From positions 1 to 64,000 of the forward strand of contig CBDEFO010000006.1 in assembly GCA_965237525.1 (NCBI GenBank): DNA of 64,000 bases. Reading direction: 5' to 3'. The notes beneath the pieces were generated by a model. It worked only from the letters and a program-made list of their open reading frames with translations, ran no database searches and was not told where the DNA came from. Numbering within the stretch: the first letter of the stretch is position 1; each line of letters opens with the position of its first letter. The position numbers were made by a program, and so were the translations under genes. Source of the DNA: Candidatus Latescibacterota bacterium (GTDB lineage: Bacteria; Latescibacterota; CBDEFO01). Positions 50,833-60,699 of the stretch are shown here, one piece after another.

Positions 50833-52605
50833 TTATCTTCTAATAGGAAGCACTATATGCGACGGCCGCTCGGCATCGTGAAACAGAGTGTTCAGTGCGA
50901 CCTTTCCTACGGCTTCTTTTCCGAACTCTCCCCCCGTATTCAGGTTGCGGTCCCACCGCGGGAAGTTGCTGCTTGAGATCGATACCCTTATCCTGTGACC
51001 CTCTCTAAAAAGATTGCTGGTAGCCCAGAGATCTACTTCGTAGCGATAGACCACCTCGGGAGTTATCAGCGATGGGCGTTGTCTCGATTCTCTGTAGCGG
51101 GCGCGAATGATCCCGTCGGCTATCAGGATGGAGCTTCCACCCCCGATTAAATCGGGGGGATGGACATCGCAAAGTTTAACGACCCAATCCGTGTCAGGGG
51201 CGGATGACATGCCGTAAAGGACGCAGATAACTGGCCCTGTGACCTCTACTTCCTCTTTGAGCGGCTCTGTAGTGTAGGTCAGGCTCAGTACCTCCACATC
51301 CCTCTGATCAAAAGGACCGGGAGGGATTCCAAGGGTCCCTCCTCCCTTGGTGGGCAGCGACTTTCGGGGATCGTAGATGTAGCTGTCCGGACTTTCCGCG
51401 TTCCCAGGATGAACGGTACTTAAAGTCCCATCGTTGAGCGATTCTACCGATCCACTCTTTCGGCTGCCAAAGTAGTATTCGGTGTATTGGACGCTGTCAG
51501 GGGGCCAGTTGTCCTCATATCTCCACTCGTTCCTACCCATAACGAATATCTTTACGGGCGGCTCTGTGTCAATGCCGTTCTGGATTCCTTTGAGATAATA
51601 GTCGAACCATCTCAAGCGGAAGGGATTCGGATCAACGGCTGCCTCAGGACCAAAGTCCATGCCTGCAAGTTGGGACTTCCTCATCTCGCCCGGGCCGTGG
51701 GCCCAGGGACCCACGATCAGCCTCTGGCCCTTTCTGGCTCTTTCGGACATCCCCTTTTCTCTAATCCCCTTAAAGTTCTCCAGAGTACCCCTCAGGAAGA
51801 TGTCGTACCAGGCGCCCAGATGGTAGATGGGAACATCTACCTGGTCGTGCTTCAGAGCGACATTCCACTGTCGCCAGTAGGGACCGTCATGGGGATGCTC
51901 CAACCATTCCTTATACCAGTCGCTTAAGCCGTCCAGAAGCGGCATCGAGCACAGGGGCAGGAAACTATACCAACTGTCGATCTCCTCTAAGGCCTTTTCA
52001 AGTCTCTTTTTTGTGCCTTCGAACTTGTCTTTTTCCACAAGGTGCGCAAGATTCTTTACAGTGAGGGACCCAAGAGCCCAACTCAGACTGAAAGCCAGTT
52101 CAAACGCTCCGCCTCTGTAGGCCCATTCCTCGTGATAGTCCGAGGACGACTCCCTTGCGACCATGGCAACAAGATGAGGAGGTCGCGTCGGGGCCAAGCG
52201 GTATTGAGTAACACCCGTGTAGGATCCTCCTATGGTTCCCACCTTACCGTTTGACCAGGGCTGGAGAGCCGCCCATTCAACAGTATCGTATCCGTCTCTA
52301 TTTTCGTTCCATCCTTCGTGCTGGAACGGATAGAAATCCCCCCCAGACTTGAAGCTCCCCCTGACATCCTGGATTACAACGGCATATCCCCTTTCTGCGA
52401 AGAACTCAGGGGATCCGATGCTCACCTCCCCGCACTCTTCTTTGTTGTAAGGAGTCCGTTCTATCAGCACCGGGAAGGGACCCTCCCCGTCGGGAAGATA
52501 TACATCCGAGTACAACTTTGTCCTATCCCGCATAGCCGCCACCACATCTTTTTGAACTTTGACCTTATAGATAGGTTCAGATCCTCTTGATCTCTCCCGG
52601 GGCAT
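50833..52605 (-). CDS. CocE/NonD-family hydrolase
   Basis: RTPYNK, QDVRG, GGSYTG, GAWYD, GPWAH, SSSNFPR. Confidence 0.95.
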   Translation of the reverse strand: MPRERSRGSEPIYKVKVQKDVVAAMRDRTKLYSDVYLPDGEGPFPVLIERTPYNKEECGEVSIGSPEFFAERGYAVVIQDVRGSFKSGGDFYPFQHEGWNENRDGYDTVEWAALQPWSNGKVGTIGGSYTGVTQYRLAPTRPPHLVAMVARESSSDYHEEWAYRGGAFELAFSLSWALGSLTVKNLAHLVEKDKFEGTKKRLEKALEEIDSWYSFLPLCSMPLLDGLSDWYKEWLEHPHDGPYWRQWNVALKHDQVDVPIYHLGAWYDIFLRGTLENFKGIREKGMSERARKGQRLIVGPWAHGPGEMRKSQLAGMDFGPEAAVDPNPFRLRWFDYYLKGIQNGIDTEPPVKIFVMGRNEWRYEDNWPPDSVQYTEYYFGSRKSGSVESLNDGTLSTVHPGNAESPDSYIYDPRKSLPTKGGGTLGIPPGPFDQRDVEVLSLTYTTEPLKEEVEVTGPVICVLYGMSSAPDTDWVVKLCDVHPPDLIGGGSSILIADGIIRARYRESRQRPSLITPEVVYRYEVDLWATSNLFREGHRIRVSISSSNFPRWDRNLNTGGEFGKEAVGKVALNTLFHDAERPSHIVLPIRR

Positions 52606-52860
52606 GCGATTCTCCGTTCCCCACTACCTCAAAGTAACACGCGCATATCCTGACCACTGAGGCAGCTCTACCTATACGTCTTGCATAATATATTAAAGAC
52701 TGCCTTTGTGTCAAGAACTTTTGTAGCGGAACACTGTGATTCGGAAAGGTTGAATTCTCCGAGTTACCGCTTTGTCTACAGAAAATCCTTGTTTTCTACT
52801 AAAAATCCAGTATATTAAATACACTGGCGTATTGATAAGTATATCGCATGGAGAGAGCGC

Positions 52861-53505
52861 ATGATCAACTACAATTCAAAGTTGATGTCTAAAGTGACTG
52901 GTGCATCCATTCGTCAAATAGACTACTGGGATCGGACAGGATTGGTTAAGCCATCGGTGCAGATAGCCCTTGGGAAAGGCATCCCTAGACTCTATTCTTT
53001 TACTGACATCGTTCAAATGAAGACCGTTGTCGTATTGAGGGGTCAAGGCATCAGCTTGCAGAAGATTCGGAAGTGCATCGCCTATCTAAAAGCGCATCTT
53101 CCAGAAATCGAGGCTCCGTTGTCTGAGCTTAAATTGGTTACAGATGGAGAGAGGATCTTTGTCCTTACAGATGATCCTAAAGTCGTTATGGACACCTTGA
53201 AGAGAGGACAATTAATATTGAGTTTTTCCATTGGGAAATTGGTGCAGGAGATTAGAGTGGCAGTCGAGAAACTGACGATGAAGCAGACAGAAACGGTCCA
53301 AATGGGAGACTTTGCCTATCAAGTGGTGATTGAAACCGATCCAGAGGATGGAGGATATGTGGTGGAGTGTCCGGCTATTGCCGGTTGTGCATCTCAGGGG
53401 GAGACGCGGGAGGAAGCTCTGGAGATGATAAAGGATGCGATTATTGCATGCTTGGAAGTGATCGAGGAGAGAAAGGGAAAGACCGTTGCCATGGGGACTG
53501 AATAA
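52861..53505 (+). CDS. MerR-HTH / HicB antitoxin fusion
   Basis: RQIDYWDRTGLVKPS..RLYSF.D (MerR) plus DGGYVVECPAIAGCASQGETREEAL (HicB). Confidence 0.85.
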   Translation: MINYNSKLMSKVTGASIRQIDYWDRTGLVKPSVQIALGKGIPRLYSFTDIVQMKTVVVLRGQGISLQKIRKCIAYLKAHLPEIEAPLSELKLVTDGERIFVLTDDPKVVMDTLKRGQLILSFSIGKLVQEIRVAVEKLTMKQTETVQMGDFAYQVVIETDPEDGGYVVECPAIAGCASQGETREEALEMIKDAIIACLEVIEERKGKTVAMGTE

Positions 53506-53719
53506 CCTTCCGACAAACAGGGTTTTGAAAGCCTTTCAACGGGCAGGATGGTATGAAAGACCTCGAAAGAATAAGGGACCTCACTATGTTTTAACGAAAG
53601 AAGGACACAAAGCGATCCTGTCTATCCCTAGGCATCGGAGAGTCAAAAAGGGATTATTGTTAAAGCAGATAAAAATAGCTGGAATGACTGTAGATGAATT
53701 CTTAGCGCTCTATGAGTGA
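53486..53719 (+). CDS. hicA: HicA-family toxin
   Basis: FQRAGW..KGPH, LSIPRH..VKKGLL..IK.AG. Confidence 0.85.
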   Translation: MPWGLNNLPTNRVLKAFQRAGWYERPRKNKGPHYVLTKEGHKAILSIPRHRRVKKGLLLKQIKIAGMTVDEFLALYE

Positions 53720-53825
53720 CTGCTCCCGCGCATAAAGAGGTTATAAAGGGTTTAATAGTATTAAGAATAGAAATCACAACCTCCGGAAACTACACCGGAA
53801 ACTACAATAGATAAGGAGCCTAAAA

Positions 53826-54269
53826 ATGAGTGTGAAGAACATAAATCCAGAAGAGGCGTCAAGGCTTATGGATGAGGAGGACTACAGCTACATAGATGTG
53901 CGTTCGATTCCCGAATTCACAGAGGGTCATCCTCAGAACGCCCTGAATATCCCGCTACTTCACAAGGATGCGGTCACAGGACAGATGATACCCAACGACG
54001 ATTTTCTCAAAGTCGTCGAGGCAAATTTCCCCCAAGACTGCAAACTGATATTGGGCTGTCAGGCAGGACAGCGCTCGGCTTATGCGGCAGAGACGCTGGA
54101 GAGAGAGGGCTACAAGGATGTACTCAACATGGCAGGTGGCTTCGGAGGAGCTAAGGATGCCATGGGCAGAATCGTCCAGAAGGGATGGGCTGAACTCGGC
54201 TTGCCTGTTTCAGACGACAGCGGAGAAGGCGTAAGCTACGAGTCATTGGAGGCTAAAGCTCAGAAGTAA
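53826..54269 (+). CDS. Rhodanese-like protein
   Basis: IDVRS..EF..GHP, CQAGQRS, GGF.G. Confidence 0.92.
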   Translation: MSVKNINPEEASRLMDEEDYSYIDVRSIPEFTEGHPQNALNIPLLHKDAVTGQMIPNDDFLKVVEANFPQDCKLILGCQAGQRSAYAAETLEREGYKDVLNMAGGFGGAKDAMGRIVQKGWAELGLPVSDDSGEGVSYESLEAKAQK

Positions 54270-54279
54270 GAGGACGGTT

Positions 54280-55641
54280 TTAGAGCTTCGACGCCAGAGC
54301 AACAGCTTTCTTGCCCCTGTGAACCACACCCCGTAGAGCATCTATAGCCTCTAAATATATCACGTAAATTCCCATCTTAAGCCTGACGCCGTCTGCGTCT
54401 CTTCCGTCCCACACAACCGATCTTGATGATCCGCTTGGACGGGCGTTGAGCACTTTGCGGACCCTCCTGCCCTGACTGTCATAGATCCACAGGCTGACTT
54501 GTGTGGCAGATGACGGGATAGTATATGAGATCGTAGTCGTGGCCACAAACGGATTTGGAGAGACCTCTATATCCACCTCGGACGGAAGACTCTCAGCAAA
54601 GACGCTGTTATCCTCTCCCGGTGTACTCCCGTCATCTGAAGCGGAAGGAAACCAGTTGAACGGATCTAAGCTTCCTCCATCTGGGTCTATCCGCTCCAGG
54701 GATATTCCATCTACCCCCCTTTCACCGTCGTAGGAAAGGCTATCTATCGTAACACCTCTGGGATCTCTAATAACGACAGAATCCCCATCGTTATTAAGGC
54801 TCGGCCATCTTCCCGGAGGGGAAAGAGCCACAATCCCGCCCATCTTTTCAAAGATCGCTTTGCTCTCATAGACGACTACATATCCCCCAGGCGGAACTAT
54901 GTGCGTTTCTTCGGATATTATGAGATCGGAATTTGACCTTTCATCCGCCAATGTCCACAATAAAAGGTCAGCCCCTTCATCAGACCTGTTAAATAGTTCC
55001 ACCCATTCGCTCTGGCCATCGGGCGGATCGAACATAATCTCATTGATTACTACCTGATCCGGTCTGACGATCTCGACGATAAAGTCCATATCTACACTAT
55101 TTGTGGCCCCTGGCGTCCCGCCGCTTATCCTCGAATCCCTCCAATTATCCGAACTGTCCTCCCCTTCAAGGTCTATCTTCTCGTCCGAGTGACCGTCTCT
55201 ATTCTCCGAAGTGTAAGTATATGACGCCACAACTGCCCCATCCCTACCCTTAAGTATCACCGTCCCCTTTGAATTGGAGAGTCCCCTTGACCCGAAAGCC
55301 CTACCGTCGATGCTCAGTATCAAAGCATCTTCCGGGAGAGGATCATAGACCCTCGATTCATCCGAAAGATAGCTGGAATCCAGAATCAGACCGAACTGCC
55401 GCGGTTCCAAGACTGTCCCCTCATCTGTCTCCACAATCTCGTCATCCCTTAGGCTATCTCCCACAGTCCATCCCTCAATATCGACCGCATCTATATTGCT
55501 GGTGTTGAATATCTCTACGTACTCGTTCAGGCTCTCATTCCCCGACGGATTGAACATGACCTCTGAAAGGACGATCGGACTCTCTGCAGAAGCCGATTCA
55601 AAGTACAGGGCAATGAGCATGAAAAGAGACAGAAGTGCCAT
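54280..55641 (-). CDS. Secreted protein with two lamin-tail domains and a FlgD-like CTD
   Basis: SEVMFNP..EYVEIFN and NEIMFDP..EWVELFN, TPG..NS, SPNPF..VWDGRD. Confidence 0.85.
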   Translation of the reverse strand: MALLSLFMLIALYFESASAESPIVLSEVMFNPSGNESLNEYVEIFNTSNIDAVDIEGWTVGDSLRDDEIVETDEGTVLEPRQFGLILDSSYLSDESRVYDPLPEDALILSIDGRAFGSRGLSNSKGTVILKGRDGAVVASYTYTSENRDGHSDEKIDLEGEDSSDNWRDSRISGGTPGATNSVDMDFIVEIVRPDQVVINEIMFDPPDGQSEWVELFNRSDEGADLLLWTLADERSNSDLIISEETHIVPPGGYVVVYESKAIFEKMGGIVALSPPGRWPSLNNDGDSVVIRDPRGVTIDSLSYDGERGVDGISLERIDPDGGSLDPFNWFPSASDDGSTPGEDNSVFAESLPSEVDIEVSPNPFVATTTISYTIPSSATQVSLWIYDSQGRRVRKVLNARPSGSSRSVVWDGRDADGVRLKMGIYVIYLEAIDALRGVVHRGKKAVALASKL

Positions 55642-55646
55642 ACGAT

Positions 55647-56012
55647 TCAGTCCTGAGGCTTACCCCAGATTATCACCAGTTTTAGGGGTTTCTCTCCAGT
55701 GTTGCTAAAGCCGTGGTCGGCACCGGGAGGCACCAGCACCGAGTCTCCGGCGGCAACGGGGACATCCTGGCCTTCGACCCACATAGTCCCCGTGCCCTCC
55801 AGGAAATAATAAATCTCCTCCAGCGAACCCTCGCCCTCGTGGGTGTGGCTCCCCTCACTGACGCCCGGGTCCAGCTCCCAAACCTGAAAGTTGATCGGAA
55901 GCTGGCTTATTCCCTCAAAGAACCCCCGCGTCTTGATGGCGCCGTCGCCGCCGTGAATGGCCTGTACATCCACAACTTCCGTGGACTCGTTCTCCTTCCA
56001 GTACATATTCAT
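55647..56012 (-). CDS. Cupin-domain protein
   Basis: HTH..EEIYY..G.G, PPG..HG. Confidence 0.9.
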   Translation of the reverse strand: MNMYWKENESTEVVDVQAIHGGDGAIKTRGFFEGISQLPINFQVWELDPGVSEGSHTHEGEGSLEEIYYFLEGTGTMWVEGQDVPVAAGDSVLVPPGADHGFSNTGEKPLKLVIIWGKPQD

Positions 56013-56039
56013 CTCCTTATTGAGTGTCGTCTATTTTCC

Positions 56040-56633
56040 CTATATCTTTTCCTGCATCATCTTTTCTTTGCCAATATCCTCCAGATTCTCCTTCAACCTC
56101 CGATACGTCTCCTCCAACCTCTCCATTGCCCTTCTGGCCATATCTTCAATCCTCTCCTCCAATTCCATCTTTCTTCTTTCGATTTTCTCCATTATGTCCC
56201 GACTTTGATCACCCATCCCTCTTTCTCTGTGCTCCAGCTCCCTCCAAATTGCCCTGGCTCTGTTCCTCTGCTCATCAGTTAAGACCTTTTCGATCTCCTT
56301 TGGCGCCTTGATAGAATTGAACTCAATCTCGGCCCTCAGAGATGCTATCTCAGAAAGCTTGGCCTTCACCCTGGTTAAGTCCACGTCGTCCTGATGGAGG
56401 AGCTCATCCAGCTCCACGCGGGCTATCTCCAGAGCCGCCTCTTTCTTTATAGCCTCCTTCCTTGCCGCTGCCCCGATGGACTTTATCTTCTTCAACTGAT
56501 CATCTGAAAGATCTAACTTCTCGCTGAACCTTACATAGAACTCCGGGAACTCCGGTCCCATCCTTGCCCAACCATCAGTTGATATTCCCGACAAGAATAG
56601 AACTGAAACCAAGGATGCTTTTATCAATTTCAT
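56040..56633 (-). CDS. Spy/CpxP-like periplasmic helical protein
   Basis: Signal peptide, LSDDQ and LTDEQ motifs. Confidence 0.75.
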   Translation of the reverse strand: MKLIKASLVSVLFLSGISTDGWARMGPEFPEFYVRFSEKLDLSDDQLKKIKSIGAAARKEAIKKEAALEIARVELDELLHQDDVDLTRVKAKLSEIASLRAEIEFNSIKAPKEIEKVLTDEQRNRARAIWRELEHRERGMGDQSRDIMEKIERRKMELEERIEDMARRAMERLEETYRRLKENLEDIGKEKMMQEKI

Positions 56634-56733
56634 TTCCACACCCCCTGTCATCCTCTTAGTTGCGTATTCGTTATTAGACACCATTGCCCATAGCTGGCGC
56701 GAGGCTTACAAGGTTTCCTATTCTAGCAGTCTG

Positions 56734-58539
56734 CTAAGCATTTCTCTGCTGAAACTCTGGTTCCTCTTCACGGAGCCGATCATCCATATCCGCTTCCATG
56801 CTCAGTTTCCGAAACATATTTGTAAAGTTAGCTCCCCTACTTCTGCTGGCCATCTTTCGCTTTATCTCCGCATCATCTGCGTCTATCTCTATCATTTCCT
56901 GCATCCAAATCTTGACTGCATATTTGTAGTATATCGAAAACATATCCTTACGGTTTTGGAGTGTTTTCCGGGCATTGGACAGGAAATCTCTCGTGCGTTC
57001 ATATTCCTTTTTTATATCAGATCCATCCTGCTTCCGGTCAGCTATATTTATCTTTACTGCACCACACAATGCTAAGATGCTGACAAAGCATCTGTAAGAT
57101 GGGTTGTCCTCTTTATAGAATCGTTGAAACATTCCGGCATATGATGGATCTTTGAAGGTGTTTTCTGCTTCTTTCAGACCTTCCTGAGATGCACCTTGAA
57201 GTGCAAACAGCACTTCAAAGACCTTCGTCCCATCAGGCTCTTCTTGGTAAAACCTGTCAATCAGGTCCTTCTTAAGATGCAGATAGCTGACGTCAAATAC
57301 GTTGTTCGGAGTTTGACTGAAGAGCCCAATATATAGAAGTCGAGTTTCGCGATAGGCTACCCTAAGATCGTAGATTTCATCTATGACCTGGAACGCTGAT
57401 CTCTCACCGTCGTCAACCCGAACACCTAGCGGAGTCGCAGCCTTCTTCGCGAGTTGTGGCCTCAGATTGCGAGCAATTTCAAGATCAATGTCAGTCACAG
57501 AGTTCTGAAAGTTTGCTGCTTTTGCAATGTCCCAAGAATCGGTGGTTTGAACCACCTTCACCGGAACATCGCATAATTGTTCCGCATAGTTGACTACACA
57601 CATAGTCGTTTGACAACCATTGACAACACTGCCTCCGCTCAGTTCAAGTTGATTCCGGGATTCGTTCAGCTTTACTTCGTCTGCTCTAAACACAATACCA
57701 TTGTTTCTCTGAAGCATTTTGTCTGGGAACCTGGTAACAGTCTTGATAATATCATGGTTGGGAGTTGTCCTTTCTGCTCTTTCCGCGCTCTGGCCCCTAG
57801 ATGGTCCAAGAAAGTCTCGGATATTTTCAAAAAATAGAGCATCGCCGAACTCGTCATAGAGCTTTTGCAGTTCCCTGCCTGATATGATTCTAAAAAAAAC
57901 GTTATCTTTGTGGATAACTTGTGTTTCCAAATGCAGGACCACATCACTCCGAAGGGAATGCATTTTGCTATAAGCAGCCCGCAGAATGGAAAATATCTGA
58001 TGCCCATCAACAAAGAATAGACGGCGTTCTGCGACACACTTCCGATAGAAATCATTAGAAGCAAGCCCACTCTTTTTATAGCTTTTTAGGACATTTTCCA
58101 GAGGTGAAAGTGTCGCCACTAGAAAATGGGGTGGCCGGTCGTCGAAAGCAGCAAACTCAAACAATTGAGTTTGCTGGCCTGGGAATTCCGAGTGATGTGT
58201 AGCCAGATAAGCTTTGAACTGGCTGACAATGGAATCGATTGTAGCTGCCCGATCAATCCACGATCTTGCTTGGATGTAGAGGACTGAACGATCGTCCTTG
58301 CCCTGAGCAAGCAGATCAACTCCCTCATCACCCGACTTCTTCTCACTCAATTCTGGAAGACCAAAATCGGAGCCTATCTCTGTTTGTGGGACTAGTCTCT
58401 GCACAAAGTGCGCGAATCTGTCGCCTTTCTCGGTTGTGGACAAACCCTCAAGTTGCCCTCTGATGTGTTGTTTGAGAGAATTATAGGATGTCAAGTACTC
58501 AGGAAAATCCTGATCCTGTTGGTCAATTTGATGTGTCAT
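56734..58539 (-). CDS. AIPR-family protein
   Basis: LFFENIRDFL, NNGIVF, VVNGCQT, ANFQN; N-terminal DEGVD..YIQAR. Confidence 0.85.
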   Translation of the reverse strand: MTHQIDQQDQDFPEYLTSYNSLKQHIRGQLEGLSTTEKGDRFAHFVQRLVPQTEIGSDFGLPELSEKKSGDEGVDLLAQGKDDRSVLYIQARSWIDRAATIDSIVSQFKAYLATHHSEFPGQQTQLFEFAAFDDRPPHFLVATLSPLENVLKSYKKSGLASNDFYRKCVAERRLFFVDGHQIFSILRAAYSKMHSLRSDVVLHLETQVIHKDNVFFRIISGRELQKLYDEFGDALFFENIRDFLGPSRGQSAERAERTTPNHDIIKTVTRFPDKMLQRNNGIVFRADEVKLNESRNQLELSGGSVVNGCQTTMCVVNYAEQLCDVPVKVVQTTDSWDIAKAANFQNSVTDIDLEIARNLRPQLAKKAATPLGVRVDDGERSAFQVIDEIYDLRVAYRETRLLYIGLFSQTPNNVFDVSYLHLKKDLIDRFYQEEPDGTKVFEVLFALQGASQEGLKEAENTFKDPSYAGMFQRFYKEDNPSYRCFVSILALCGAVKINIADRKQDGSDIKKEYERTRDFLSNARKTLQNRKDMFSIYYKYAVKIWMQEMIEIDADDAEIKRKMASRSRGANFTNMFRKLSMEADMDDRLREEEPEFQQRNA

Positions 58540-58740
58540 TCCATATCTCCTTTCGCTCAGACAGAACAGATTCTGTCGACTAGTGTATGACAATTCATAT
58601 CTATCTCTCGAATAAAATGACGTACTTCTAAATCAAAGTCAATTGTCACCTTCTGAGTCCGATTTGGCAAACAATAATATACTTACATAGGAGACTAAAT
58701 GCAATTTTTTTCTTGCACCTATCTTCAATCTTGCTTAACG

Positions 58741-59702
58741 CCCCCATTCCCCATATTAGACCCGAAAAATGGTTGTCAAAGTCACCAGAACATGTTAGAT
58801 TACAATAAATAAGACTCGTAAATGACGGATAAATATTGATCATCCAGAGGGTGAAAGCATGAATAGGGGATTTGATGGAAGTATTAAGCTTGAATTTCAT
58901 CGTGCGAAGGTGATATCTGACGGTGGTCTTCTTGCGTATCGTAACCTTGATGACGTTTTAGGATTAATCGACTCGATATCTACTGTTTTTAACAATCTGC
59001 GAAGAGGACGTAATATCCAACATGATATGCCCACACTGATGCGTCAATCGGTGTACAGTCGTCTTGCAGGATATGGAGCTGTGAATGATGCTCATCGTTT
59101 ATCAGTTGACCCTGTCATGCGAGCGATTACCGGAAAGGAGGGCAAGCATGCCACCCGCGCCAACACGATAGGACGTTTTGGAACGGAGATACTGACTCAG
59201 TTGGAAAATCTCAACAGCCTGTCAGATATCAATGGTATGTTGGTTCAGAAAGGGATCAGGTGAGGCTCTGGTTATTTGTTCTGACCTATAATCTTGGAAA
59301 CTTTCTAAGGTGGTTGGTTCTTTCAGGGAGAATCAAACACTGATCTCTTGGCAGCCTCCTTGTAAAATTGATCAAGATTGGCGCGAAGATTGTCAGGCAC
59401 AGCAGATACATCACGTTTCAGATGGCTGAGGTTGGGATAGACAAGAGATTATTTGCCGAAATATTATCCCGGATCGAACGATTGCGATGTTGCTCTGTAT
59501 AAACTGCCACATTTTTTTGTGAGTCGATGGAGAGGTGTCTCCGATTGGAGGATTTAAACACAAAGAAAGTGATAATTGAGAGGAAAATACTATTTTAATT
59601 GAAAAAAGTACTTGTTGAAAACTGTAAAAGTGGTAATATTCATTCACAAACAAGATTGTATCGAAATACATTCCCTCATGAATGTGATATGGGGAATGTC
59701 GG
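58741..59702 (+). mobile_element. Internally deleted IS1380-family element
   Basis: TIR CCCCCATTCCCCATAT / ATATGGGGAATGTCGG; fragments SDGGLL, RQSVYSRLAGY, YNLGNFLR, KLIKIGAK. Confidence 0.88.
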
Positions 59703-59756
59703 AGTAACCTCCCTTGAAGCTGTTTGAAACTCAGAGGGCAACAGAAGGGCAGCATC

Positions 59757-60539
59757 ATGAGTGATCTTCAAATGCAGCAGTACCTTTTTGATGTGCAAGG
59801 CTACCTGGTGATTGAAGATGTTTTGAGTCCAGAACAAATCGTAACATTCAACCAGCTACTGGACGAGCAAGAACTACCCGCACCAGGGCAGACACAAAGA
59901 TTTGGGAGTGCGCCAGAGGGATCGGGTTTTCTCGAATGGGGCGCCCCCTTTTGTGAGTTACTGGATCATCCTCAGATTACGCCGATCATGCAATTTCGGT
60001 TGGGCGACTGCTTTCGCCTGGATCGGATTTACGGGATGTATATGCATGAGGGGATGCCAAACGGGCACCTGCATGCCGACTACGGTGCCACTGTCCCAAC
60101 CTCCGGCGCTCGGCCGGGGGAATACTATCCCTTCCGCGATAACCAGATTTACAATGGGTTCGTTGTCGTGGCATGGAATATGTCGGACTCAGGGCCAGAC
60201 TTGGGTGGTTTTTGTTGTATTCCCGGCAGCCATAAAAGTAATTTTAAGTTGCCGCAACAGATAGATGAGGCTCGCGAAAAGGCATCGTGTGTGCTCCTTC
60301 CAAGTGCACCGGCCGGTTCAGTGATTCTATTTACCGAGGCGCTGACGCATGGAACAGCCGCCTAGCAGGGAAGGCACGAACGCCGGACTCTACTGTATAA
60401 ATATTGTGTGTCCCACATGGCCTGGACTTCAAAGCGCGTTCGACCACCGGCGAATGTGGAACTGACACCCCGTCAGAAGATTCTCTTCCGTGAGCCTGCC
60501 GATGCATATGGCCACTTCCCCTCGTTGTTTGAGGGTTAG
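59757..60539 (+). pseudogene. Phytanoyl-CoA dioxygenase family protein with an in-frame TAG at 60363-60365
   Basis: FDVQGYL, HAD, IPGSHK, EALTHGT; the frame continues (RRTLLYKY) to a TAG at 60539. Confidence 0.85.
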
Positions 60540-60627
60540 AAAGTAGAACCTGATGGATAAACAAGTCTAACTTGATTATTTCCGCTGCAAGCGCCCTTCT
60601 GCATGCGAGCCCTGTTGAGTAGGTACA

Positions 60628-60693
60628 ATGACAGTGAAATACGCCGCAATCATCGTAGGAGCGGGATCGGCCGGAGCCGTACTCGCCACCCGC
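60628..60693 (+). pseudogene. GMC oxidoreductase 5' fragment
   Basis: [19 protein letters not shown]. Confidence 0.7.
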
Positions 60694-60699
60694 ACCTAT

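Noticed and set aside
7941..60365. Genome-wide TAG reassignment
   Set aside because: TAG is the evident terminator of many genes here (262, 1358, 7391, 12904, 23346, 33073, 34233), and an in-frame TAA lesion (48596) shows ordinary decay.
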